The notes under the pieces are model-generated. The model was not told the DNA's origin, ran no database searches, and saw only the letters and a program-made list of their open reading frames with translations. Position numbers and translations under genes: made by a program. 64,000 nucleotides of DNA from a virus (taxonomy: Duplodnaviria; Caudoviricetes): the IMG/VR virus record IMGVR_UViG_3300021254_000033, positions 1 to 64,000 of that record, one strand, 5' to 3'. Numbering within the stretch: the first letter of the stretch is position 1; each line of letters begins with the position of its first letter. Shown here piece after piece: positions 44,892 to 55,176 of this stretch.

Positions 44892-46810
44892 AGCTTATTA
44901 ACATCCTCCCATTCTCTCATTTTATATTCTGCATTACGAGGTTTACTCCAGGTTTTAATTGGTGTATAAAAGCCAACAATTCTACTGTACTCTGTACTTA
45001 CTGGTTTTCCACAAATAGGACAAACTTTGCCATAAAAAGCATGATTATTTTCACAGGCTTGAATTTTTGTATTAAAAGCAAAATAAGTAAGTCCCTGGTC
45101 TGCAATATATTCTGTTAATTTCCAAGCTTGCTCAAAATTCTTAAAAGGAGTTTCAATATTAAAATGCGCAATTGATCCACCATTACAATAGGAATCAAAT
45201 AAACTTGCAATACGAACTCTTTCTTTAAAAGTTGTCTTAATACCAAGAGGGATAAATTGATTTCCATAAAGTGGAAGATCATCCACAGCGGTATCAGGAT
45301 ATAGAAGTTTATCAGCTTGCATCATTTTGCTTGCTGCCTGCTCTCCAGGAATTTGTTCAAGATTAATTTTATAATCTTTATCAAGAGCAAACTGGTCTTT
45401 CGTACGATGAATTACTTCAAAAATCTTTTTTCCAAAACGGTCAGCGTCTTCGGTATAATAAACATTACCAAAATCATCTTCTTTGGTGTATCCAAAGGTT
45501 TTCATTGTTTCATAAATTCCAATGATACCAACTGTATTATATAAATGCTCAAAATCAACTAATCCTTTTGAAAAATTTGGAAGTAGCCCTTTTTCAACAT
45601 TTCTTTCAATGATATGTCTAATTACATCAAGAGCTTTACAATCTAATTCAACTATATCTCTTAATGCTACTAAATATTCTTGTTCAGTTTTATGTTCAAG
45701 TGCAATTCTGGCAAGATTTACAGTAGAAACTTTTACAGATCCCACTTTCAGCGCGGTGCCACCAATACTATTAAAATAGCCTAAATCATCAATATTACTT
45801 TTTAATCTACAACAATTACTTAAACTGGTTACACTATCATCAATAAAAAGGTTTGAATCATTCCATTTCATATTATGTTTAATACACCACTTTGCAAAAT
45901 CTTCATCTTCAAATTTATGGTCTTTTCGTAGAAGACTCATTGATAATACAGGAAAAGTAAACATATTATGAGAACGAATTTCACTTACAACTTCCATAAA
46001 AAGTTTTTGAAATTCTTTTATTTCACTAATAGAATCAATCATAAAGCTACCATCTGGGAACTCCGCGCCTCCAAAGAGTGCCTCCAAATATGGTTCATCA
46101 AATACTGAAACATTCGTAAAGGCACTTTGCATTCCATCACGCACATATGGTTGGTTAACTGCATAAATAAACCTCTGAATCTGCTGCCGAGCATAGTATT
46201 CATTATCCTTGGTAGCATAGCCATTCTTACAATCTTCTCTCCAAAAATAATACATATATGGAATTAGATTGGGTAAACCCACTGCCCCAGAGGATCGGTT
46301 TGAAGTAAAACTAATATACTCTTTTACAAAATCTATAAAAGTAGACAAATGTTTTGGAGGTTCAGCATTAAAGTTTTGTAAAAAGAATAATCCTTTTTCT
46401 GCTAAATCTTTTAAATCATAAGCAAAACAATAATGTAAAAATGTGGATGTATCTGCATCATGCATATATAATGCTTTTGACCACTCGGCGCGCAGCCATT
46501 CATTTGCTGTTTTAAATCCATATTTTTTATTAATTTCATAATAAATTTTATTGTAAGCAAGAAGTTTACGATGAGATTTAGGCATTTCATTCATTAGTGT
46601 TCTCATGTCTTTTGTGCCTACATTTGCGTTCCCATCTACACTTGCATCTGCTACTGTTTCCGCATCAATAAAATTTGCAATAAAATCTGTATATGAAAGT
46701 TGTTCATCTGCGAAACCATTTAAATGAGAAAATTCTTCTCCATATGTTTCAAGCATTTTATTATATTGAGTAGTAAAATTTTTATTTAATTTAATATTTA
46801 TTGTTGCCAT
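44888..46810 (-). CDS. nrdD: Class III (anaerobic) ribonucleotide reductase, no ATP cone
   Basis: SNCCRL finger loop, C-terminal Cys metal site, glycyl radical loop YSRIVGF. Confidence 0.93.
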   Translation of the reverse strand: MATINIKLNKNFTTQYNKMLETYGEEFSHLNGFADEQLSYTDFIANFIDAETVADASVDGNANVGTKDMRTLMNEMPKSHRKLLAYNKIYYEINKKYGFKTANEWLRAEWSKALYMHDADTSTFLHYCFAYDLKDLAEKGLFFLQNFNAEPPKHLSTFIDFVKEYISFTSNRSSGAVGLPNLIPYMYYFWREDCKNGYATKDNEYYARQQIQRFIYAVNQPYVRDGMQSAFTNVSVFDEPYLEALFGGAEFPDGSFMIDSISEIKEFQKLFMEVVSEIRSHNMFTFPVLSMSLLRKDHKFEDEDFAKWCIKHNMKWNDSNLFIDDSVTSLSNCCRLKSNIDDLGYFNSIGGTALKVGSVKVSTVNLARIALEHKTEQEYLVALRDIVELDCKALDVIRHIIERNVEKGLLPNFSKGLVDFEHLYNTVGIIGIYETMKTFGYTKEDDFGNVYYTEDADRFGKKIFEVIHRTKDQFALDKDYKINLEQIPGEQAASKMMQADKLLYPDTAVDDLPLYGNQFIPLGIKTTFKERVRIASLFDSYCNGGSIAHFNIETPFKNFEQAWKLTEYIADQGLTYFAFNTKIQACENNHAFYGKVCPICGKPVSTEYSRIVGFYTPIKTWSKPRNAEYKMREWEDVNKL

Positions 46811-46811
46811 T

Positions 46812-47030
46812 TTATTCCCCCTGTTTGTTAATCCATTCTATAGCCTTACTAAAATTTAACAATGGCTCTTCATCAATCTTCATCATTGGCACAGCAGTTA
46901 TTCCAAGACGTTCCATTTCTTCAATGTCATTAATTAAATTATACTCTGTAATTCCCATACCTTCTAATTTTTTTAAAAGAATACGACATCTTGGACAACC
47001 TGTTGAATAAATTGTAATCAAATCTATCAC
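46812..47030 (-). CDS. nrdH: NrdH/glutaredoxin-like redoxin
   Basis: CPRC and VP motifs, 72 aa. Confidence 0.85.
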   Translation of the reverse strand: MIDLITIYSTGCPRCRILLKKLEGMGITEYNLINDIEEMERLGITAVPMMKIDEEPLLNFSKAIEWINKQGE

Positions 47031-47218
47031 TCCTCCTGTTTATAGCAAAATTCGCAAAAACCATTTACAAAATGATGCTCACATTGTTTCTGTAATTCAC
47101 TATTTTCTTTTAAAAGATCTGCTATAGTGTTGTTTAAAACAAATTGTCCTGGAGACATCATATCTTCAATTAATTTATTATTAAAATTAATTTTCTCATG
47201 AATTTCTAGGTTTGTCAT
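47027..47218 (-). CDS. Hypothetical protein with C-terminal CEH...CEFC motif
   Basis: Operonic overlaps. Confidence 0.75.
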   Translation of the reverse strand: MTNLEIHEKINFNNKLIEDMMSPGQFVLNNTIADLLKENSELQKQCEHHFVNGFCEFCYKQEE

Positions 47219-48327
47219 TATATCAATTTTCCTCCTACTAATTCCACTTTATTTCTTTCGTAGAATTCTTTAAATAAATTAGGATAATTTTCTGCTACAT
47301 AAAAGAAAAGAGTTTTTGCTTTTTCTTTTTTTATTACATTTTGAAATCCCGTAGTGGTTTCGGTTTTTAATAATCTACAATATCTATATAAGGCATCTGT
47401 TATATCATAATTTTGATAAAAATTATTATATGCAGAAAACAACCGAATCAAATCTACGGTTTCTTGCGTAAGTAGAAAATTATCACTAACGTCAAGTAAA
47501 ATTTTTATATGATTGTTACAACAAAAGATGACCTGCCTAAAAATTTGTAATAATTCCTCTTCTAAAAAATGGTTAGCCGTGGACGAGGACGGGTAAGGGG
47601 AATAAATTATATGTAGTCCACGAATTTCTTTTGAGTAATTTGCCAAAGCGAAAAAATCTTCATCATTTAAAATCGTTGTTATTCTAAAATTTCCATATGA
47701 TGATAATTGAATTTTTCGCCAATCTTCAAATTGTTTTAAATTTTTACAGCGAATAGGATATTTTGTTGCTAATCTAGTATTTTTATTTTCATATTTAAGA
47801 TTATAAAGTCCTTCTTCTATTACCACCCGCGCGCCTTCAACATTACTTAAATCATAATCATGTAAAAATAAAACATTTCTACTCCCCAATCTTTTTGTTT
47901 GGTCAATAAAGTATGGAGAAATATGTTTTTCATCAAGAGAAAGTCGTAGGTGTGCAGCATTTTTTAAAGTTATAAAAGCTAAAGTATTATTTTTTAATTC
48001 ATCTTCAAATAAATGTTTATACGGCAAATAAATACTAAAGTCCGCATCACAAGCCTCTATATCTTGTGCAAGAGGATGATATTTATTATAAGAAAAAGCT
48101 AAACCACCATATTGAATATTATGATATTCACTTATTTCTTTTGGAAAAGTTCCATCATAATAATCTTTTCGTAGAAAAAATTGAGAATAACGGTCAGGTG
48201 AAATAGAGGGAGATAATACCACTATCTCCCTTTTTCTTTTATAATAAGTTGCTAATTTCATTAGTTCCAAGTTTGGAATTGTTTGATGATATTTAAAAAA
48301 ATCTTCGTCATAAAGTCCGATTGACAT
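47218..48327 (-). CDS. Radical-SAM-family-like protein lacking CxxxCxxC
   Basis: N-terminal PNLELMKLATYY and GG.AF...PL..DIE...D.SIY; no cysteine triad. Confidence 0.5.
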   Translation of the reverse strand: MSIGLYDEDFFKYHQTIPNLELMKLATYYKRKREIVVLSPSISPDRYSQFFLRKDYYDGTFPKEISEYHNIQYGGLAFSYNKYHPLAQDIEACDADFSIYLPYKHLFEDELKNNTLAFITLKNAAHLRLSLDEKHISPYFIDQTKRLGSRNVLFLHDYDLSNVEGARVVIEEGLYNLKYENKNTRLATKYPIRCKNLKQFEDWRKIQLSSYGNFRITTILNDEDFFALANYSKEIRGLHIIYSPYPSSSTANHFLEEELLQIFRQVIFCCNNHIKILLDVSDNFLLTQETVDLIRLFSAYNNFYQNYDITDALYRYCRLLKTETTTGFQNVIKKEKAKTLFFYVAENYPNLFKEFYERNKVELVGGKLI

Positions 48328-51300
48328 TATTCTTCACCTGTTCTTGCATATGTTTTAATATCCCCTTCTTCTGTTACCTCAGTTATTTTTTCCACCAAAT
48401 GCCAAGGTGTCCGAGAATATTTTTTTGCCTGAAAATCATTTTCTCTTCTAATACCAGTAATAATAAGTTTATTTCCTCTTTGAAACATACTCTTTTCAAT
48501 TACGTGTTTTTTACCATCGGCTCCGCGCTCACTAATTTGTCTATCATAATAAGTGAATACAGCTCCATAAATTTTAACCGTTACAACACCTGTTTTTGTT
48601 AATAATGTGATACTTTTTCTTGATTTATCTTTATCTAATACTGTACCGATAATACGATGAATCTTAAATAAAGGAATTCTTTTTCCTTTTATATTAATAA
48701 AACGATCAACATCAGGCTCTTCACTAAGACTAAAAAAGTCTGAAAAACCATATTTCTCTTCATTCACTACCGCTAATTCATGTTCATGAGAATAATATGA
48801 AACTGAATCCATTTCCCATTTACTTAAATTACCTAAACAATATTTATCCCAGGTATCTTTCATTAAACGGCTATTAACAGCTTCCAATAATTCAGCATTA
48901 TGTTCTTTTACATAAGGACGTATAATATCCATCTGCTTTTTATAAATATTATCCCAGAACGTTTGTTTAATTTTGAATCCACTTTCTGTTTCCGCTGAAG
49001 ATTCTAAATCATCTAAATCAAAAAATTTCTCATAAAAAGATAATCCAACATTATCTATTCCATAATAAGTATTATCTAATTTTTGTTTTTTAACATATTT
49101 GTTAAAATTATAAACACGTTTTTGTAAGTCATACTCATAAGGAATTAATCCAAAATCAATTAACATCTTCATATTTTGAAGAGTTATTCTTTTCTTTTGG
49201 TCACTAATTGATGCAACGTATTTTTTCATTATCTCTTCTCTATCACCGAGAAAATCAAACGCCCCACTTTTAATTAAGTTTATAACTTGAGGCTTTGTAA
49301 TTTTTACCTTATTGGTTAAATCTTCTACTGAATTATACGGCCGCGCGCTCAGAATGTTTTTTACAACTTCATCTCCAACTTTACTAATACCACTTAATCC
49401 ATAACGAATTGTATTGTGTTCAAGGTCTGGAGAAAAAGTATAAGTTGATTTATTAATGTCCGGCGGAGCAATTTGAATTCCCGCCATTCTCATTTTTCCA
49501 ATCGCAGTGGCAATCTTTCCATAATTCGTAGTTTTTTGTTTTTTCTTTTTTACAGTTTTACTTTCTTCTTCCTCATCATCTTCGCTTTCTTCATATTCAG
49601 CTCCAAAATCAACCATTTCGTCATAACACGTCGAATCTTCAATGTACTCTTCTTCCACTACTGAATCTTCTTCTATCCCACCGCTATCACTAATTAAACA
49701 AGCACAATTCCAGAAAATTAATGGGTAACGATAAGCCAAATTCATTTCCTGAAGAGCGATTAATGAGTAAGCAAGAGTATGAGATTTATTAAATCCATAT
49801 CCTCTACTATATGCTACCAAAACTTGCCAAACATATCTACATAAATTTTTACTTAATCCTTTCTCTCTCATATTCGCATAATATTCTTCAGTTAATTTAT
49901 CATATTCTGCAGGATTCTTTTTTGCGATAGATTTACGCAATCTATCTGCCCATGTTAAATCAAATCCTCCACATTCTGGTATCTGAACAAGTGTCATAAA
50001 ACCTTCTTGACTTTCGCAAATACCATATGATAAATCTAATTCTTTATGCAGAATACTTTTTTCTTCCTCAGTTAATCCCCATTTTTCCATTTCCTCATTC
50101 CATAACTCAGGATTATTTTTAAATCTGGCAAATTTACTCAGCGGCTGCTCTGCCCCTCTTTCTTGCGCCATTAATCGAATTACAGAATTTAAAGTTGCCA
50201 AATCATCTACAGAAGATGGTTTTGCTAACGCTATCCCCTGAACTCCACTTTGCTGCTCCATTTGAAATAATGAAAAAATTTCATGATTCCAAACCATTTT
50301 CCACATATTCGGGTCATCACGCTCAAGATTATAAATACCTACTACTGATTCATATGTTTCTCTCAAAGTGGATTTGCGTTCTACTAATCCGTTATCACAT
50401 AACAAATCAAGACAAGTATGAATTTTATCCATAGCTTCAACTGATAATGCGTCATACTTAATTAAACTTACCGCTTCATCATCATGAAGATCAAAGGCTG
50501 TAATAATAGTTCCATCTGGCGACCGCATTAATCCAGTGGAATTTGTAAAAGGTTCATCAACGAAAATAACTCCACCTGCGTGCGCGCCCAGTCTATTAAC
50601 TAATCCTTCAATTTTTCGAGCTACTGTCCAAAGTTCAGGATAATTTTCTGTCATTTCAATTACAAATTGCTTAATTGGAGTGAACCCACTTTCTTTATCA
50701 CCGTACATACATTGATCCAATGTACGCACTAATCCTCTATCTGATGGAATTAAGGAAGAAATGTATGAAGCAATATCAACATCAATTCCTAATCCTCTCG
50801 CAGCAGTTAATATTGCTGACTTTGATTTTTCAGTTCCAAAGGTTGCAACATTTGATACTCTATCATTACCATATACTTCTCTAAATTTATTTAAAACAGT
50901 TGCTCTCCGCCCGCCTTCAATATCAAAATCTACATCCAATACAGATACACGATTTGGATTGAGAAAACGCCATGAAAAAGTTTTTGTTTTTTCTTTTAAA
51001 GGATTAATTTGAGTAATATCTAAAACATATAATAAAATAAAACCTACTCCAGAGCCTCTACCTGGTCCTACAATACTACCAGCATCCCAACACACGTCAA
51101 TAATATGTTGAAGATTTAAAATATAAGAAGACCAGCTTGCATTATTTACTTTTGAAGAAATTTTAATCATTTCAAGATTAGAATTAATTTCATTATATGC
51201 TTCTTCATTCTGTAAATCCGAATGTTTTTTAATTCCATCAATAATTTTATAAACCAAATAATAGTCACCTTTATCTTCTGATTTTATAAAATCATTAAAC

Positions 51301-52330
51301 ATTGGAATTTTTTGACACCATTCATTTAGCTCTTTTTCTGTAATTTCATTATCTATTTTATTCCAAGTTAAAGTCGGGATTTTTAATGATTTATTTAAAT
51401 CGTAATCTTCACAACTATCAAAAATCCCTTGGATTGTTTTATATGCTTTTTCTAATTCTTCTTTTGACAAATAAGAAAAATATTTTTCTAATTCTTCTGT
51501 ATTCATCATATAAGTTGAAGCATAAAAATCATCTACTTCTCTTTCTCCGTTTTGAGAATTGAGAAAAGCTTTATGAACAAATCTATCATCTTTTTCTAAA
51601 TAATGACTATCAGTCGTGATAATATATGGAATATCATACTCTTTTGAATGTTCAATTAACCATTTATTTACAAAGATTTGTTCTTCATTAAAACTTGGTT
51701 GCATCTCAAAAAAGAAGTTCCCGTGACCAAAAACTTCATCCATTTGAGTAATCCAAATTTTTATTTTTTCATATAACTCATTATCTTTTGTATCTCTCCA
51801 ACGTAATAATTGTGTTGGGAGCGCGCCGCCTAAACAAGCAGTTGATCCAATTACATGACCTGGGTTTGCTCCAATTATATCAATCAAATCTTGATAATAA
51901 GTTGGAACTCTTCTCATACCACGAGCCATATAACTTCTCATCCAGGCGCGAGTAGATATTTCTCTAATTTGCTGATGACCAATCGCATCTTTAGCCAACA
52001 AAATAAAATGAAAGTATCTATCTACTCCTGATACAAAATTATTATTATTAAGACCATTTCGAGTTAAATAAATCTCATTACCTAAAACAACCTTAAAATT
52101 TGGGTGTTCTTTTTTAATTTTTTTATAATAATTTAATACTTTAATTGAATTACTAATACATTCATGATCAGTAATTGCTATACCAGAATGTCCAAGTTTA
52201 ATAGCATAATCAATTAATTCATTTTCTTTTATAATACAGTCACGTAAACGAATATTACTAAATTGTGTATGGCTCCCTAATTATGAAGACTTCCGGGATA
52301 TTCTTTAATCATAGTCTTCATTATTATCAT
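48327..52330 (-). CDS. dnaE: DNA polymerase III alpha (C family); 5' end interrupted by an 8 nt insertion at about 52272-52282
   Basis: PHP motifs (SLHN / HTQFS, ITDHE, TDSHY), GRGSG, LDVDFD. The reading frame continues from 52001 to 52280 without a start codon; the upstream mini-ORF 52277-52330 is in another frame. Confidence 0.9.
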
Positions 52331-52371
52331 CACCACCTTTCTTAAACTCTTTATCATTATCTTATATAATA

Positions 52372-52400
52372 ATTATACTATAAATACAGAAAAAAATCAA
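52372..52400 (-). promoter_or_regulatory. sigmaA promoter for dnaE
   Basis: TTGATT-17-TATAAT; RBS GAAAGGTGG before ATG 52330. Confidence 0.8.
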
Positions 52401-52402
52401 GT

Positions 52403-54127
52403 TTAAAATCCAAATTTATTATCTTCTATTTGATATGCATCAATAAAAATTTGCGGAGTTTCTACTCCCATCCAACTATTTATATTGGTTCTCCCTACTA
52501 AGTTCATCTTTATTTCATCATACTGCCCCAGTTCTTCAATTAAATCTTTCGCATGAAATTTCATATATGCAATACCAAATTTAGTAATCTTTAATGTGTC
52601 AGAATTTTTACCCATAATTTGGTAATCATCCCTTGTGATATTTAAATCGTGAATAAAAATTATTGGTTCTGGAGTATCTTGTCCCCAGCATTCTTCATAT
52701 TTTCCTAAATCAAAAACTATATCCTGAATATCCTTATCTGCCGCAGAACGAACAAAATTTACTTCGTAAACCCCTTCTCCAAAATCAATATCAGCTAGCT
52801 TATTATTAGCCCACTCATGAAAATTAAATAAATCTTTATCTGGGATAGAGCATCCAAAGGCATTATCATGCCCAGCAGTATATTCAAACATTTTACTTTC
52901 GTCTAAGAAATTTTTAAAAGAATCTAAAGCACTCTGATTCAAACCTCTCGCACTTCCTCTAACATACCCTTCATCATTTAACCTGGCTACAATAGTAGGC
53001 TTTTTAAATTTTGCTGCCAGCCGCATGGCACATAATCCATTCAACTCCGCAGGAAAATCATCTTCATCTTCTAACCGAATAAAAAGAATTTTATTTTCTA
53101 ATAAATCATATTTAAATACTTTGGATTCTAATTTTACCATTGCATTATCCAATAATCTATTTTGTTTTGCTCTTGCATTGGTACACTCTCTTACACTTTC
53201 AATCGCAGCATATTCCAATGTTCCTTTTGCACCACGTTTATTGGATGGAATTTTTTTCGTACCATCAACAAAAGCCATATATAATCTTTCTTTTTCTTCC
53301 ATAGTTCCAACTCTAATCATCGCATTAATCAAGGGAACAACATAGAAAGCCACTGTAATTGGATTAACCTTTCCTCCTGTCGAATAACTTTGTTTATCTA
53401 AAACTGATTTAAAGAAGAAGTTTTTAATATTAGCTAATCCAGTTTTTGAAATATATCTATTTTCAATTTGAACCATTGAACCCATATCGCCAATGATACC
53501 TAATGCAGCTAAATCAATAAAATTATCTGCGAAATCTACTTCATATAAAGAATCTAAAACTCTGCAAAATTGATAAACCACTCCCGCGCCCGTTAAATCT
53601 TTATTTGGGTATCGTGAAGATAGTTGGTTATTTATAATTATTGCATTATCACTTAATGGAGTGTCTGTAATATGATGATCAAGAACTAAACAAGGTAGAT
53701 TAATTTCTTTTAACTGATCATGATATACCCCATCATTACTACTTGAGTCTGGGAGAATAATAAGACTATAGTTTTCTTGGTTATCTAAAATTTTATCAAT
53801 ATGGTCTTGAAGTCCATGCTGTTTATTCTCATGTAAAATATAATCAATTTCAATGGAGTTATCTATACAATGAATATACTGGTGCATAATCGCTGCAGAA
53901 GTGAAGCCATCACAATCACTATCTACCACAATTAAAATTTTTCCCTTATTTTTTATTGTGTTCATTAGTAATTCCGCGCCCCGTGTTATATTATCAAATA
54001 ATAGAGGGTCATTAAGACATTTTTTTGAAGGGGTTAGAAATTCATCTAAATCCATTACTCCTCTCGCTTTTAACAGCTCGCTTCCATAATTCTTTTGAAA
54101 GTTTTCATTTACTAATTTAATCTGCAT
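52403..54127 (-). CDS. recJ: RecJ-like DHH ssDNA exonuclease
   Basis: DSDCDG, DHH, RGSAR and AGH motifs. Confidence 0.9.
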   Translation of the reverse strand: MQIKLVNENFQKNYGSELLKARGVMDLDEFLTPSKKCLNDPLLFDNITRGAELLMNTIKNKGKILIVVDSDCDGFTSAAIMHQYIHCIDNSIEIDYILHENKQHGLQDHIDKILDNQENYSLIILPDSSSNDGVYHDQLKEINLPCLVLDHHITDTPLSDNAIIINNQLSSRYPNKDLTGAGVVYQFCRVLDSLYEVDFADNFIDLAALGIIGDMGSMVQIENRYISKTGLANIKNFFFKSVLDKQSYSTGGKVNPITVAFYVVPLINAMIRVGTMEEKERLYMAFVDGTKKIPSNKRGAKGTLEYAAIESVRECTNARAKQNRLLDNAMVKLESKVFKYDLLENKILFIRLEDEDDFPAELNGLCAMRLAAKFKKPTIVARLNDEGYVRGSARGLNQSALDSFKNFLDESKMFEYTAGHDNAFGCSIPDKDLFNFHEWANNKLADIDFGEGVYEVNFVRSAADKDIQDIVFDLGKYEECWGQDTPEPIIFIHDLNITRDDYQIMGKNSDTLKITKFGIAYMKFHAKDLIEELGQYDEIKMNLVGRTNINSWMGVETPQIFIDAYQIEDNKFGF

Positions 54128-55172
54128 TAATTATTACTCTCCTTTTCAACAATTTTTCAAAAGTTTCTTCCCCTTTATCAACTGGGCTATCTTTCATATC
54201 TAATAAATTATCTACGTCATATATAAAAGAAAAATTACCATATAAAGAATACTTTTTACATATTTTATATAACTTTGTAAAATACTTATCTTCTCCAGGT
54301 TTTTCTTCCTTATCAAAACAAATTATAAAATTTCTAGGATTACATTCTTTAATTAATAAATTAATTTGAAACTTATTCAGCGCGCTGCCGCACACAGCTA
54401 CTGAACAATTTAACTGATTAAAATCTTCAAATTTTAATACGCTTTTTTCACTTTCAAAAATAAAAACATTTCCAGTTTTTTTAATATTTTCTTTTGTTTT
54501 ATTTAAACCATAAAGATTTAAACCTAATTTATGAGTATACCATTTTTTTTCTACTTGTACTGGCATATACTTGCCTAAATTTTCTATTTCCCATTCATTT
54601 AAAGCTCTTCCTCTAATTCCAACTAAATTATTATCTGCATCGTAATGAGGAATTATTATTTTATTTTGAGAAAGAGAAAAACGTATATTATATTTATCCA
54701 TTGTTTCTTTCGAGATACCTTCTTCAATCCATTGCTCTGGATAAATCTTAAAAAAGACGTTAAGTACACCTTCATTGAATTTTGGCAAATTAATTTCTCG
54801 ATTTTTCTTTTTGTAGTTATCTCTTAATTGATGATAAGATGTACTACTTTCTAATTTTCTAAAATTAGAACAATCTAAAATTGGTAGATATACATCCTTA
54901 TACCAATCATATTCCTGCCCTCGCGCGTCATATATATGCTCCAACAATTTAAAAATAGACTGTCCGCCGCATTCGGTGTAACAAAAAAATAAATGAGTAT
55001 CTTTATAATAATATAATTTTAAAGAAGATTCTGATGGATTGCTATTATGACAAATAGTAGGAAAAATAATTGCATTTTCAGTATCTTTATAATCTACTAC
55101 TCCAAAATGCCTCATGAGTTGAATTACATCTTCATCTCTTAAATTGTCTATAATACCTTTATAATCAATCAT
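54117..55172 (-). CDS. dnaG: DNA primase
   Basis: N-terminal zinc-binding region (CH...C.TEC), GIRGR, TOPRIM FESEKS and FDKE. Confidence 0.85.
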   Translation of the reverse strand: MIDYKGIIDNLRDEDVIQLMRHFGVVDYKDTENAIIFPTICHNSNPSESSLKLYYYKDTHLFFCYTECGGQSIFKLLEHIYDARGQEYDWYKDVYLPILDCSNFRKLESSTSYHQLRDNYKKKNREINLPKFNEGVLNVFFKIYPEQWIEEGISKETMDKYNIRFSLSQNKIIIPHYDADNNLVGIRGRALNEWEIENLGKYMPVQVEKKWYTHKLGLNLYGLNKTKENIKKTGNVFIFESEKSVLKFEDFNQLNCSVAVCGSALNKFQINLLIKECNPRNFIICFDKEEKPGEDKYFTKLYKICKKYSLYGNFSFIYDVDNLLDMKDSPVDKGEETFEKLLKRRVIINAD

Positions 55173-55176
55173 TTAT

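Noticed and set aside
52277-52279. Genome-wide TAG reassignment (as in some gut phages)
   Set aside because: TAG ends several intact genes here, other ORFs are unbroken under code 11, and read-through at this TAG would not restore the dnaE frame.
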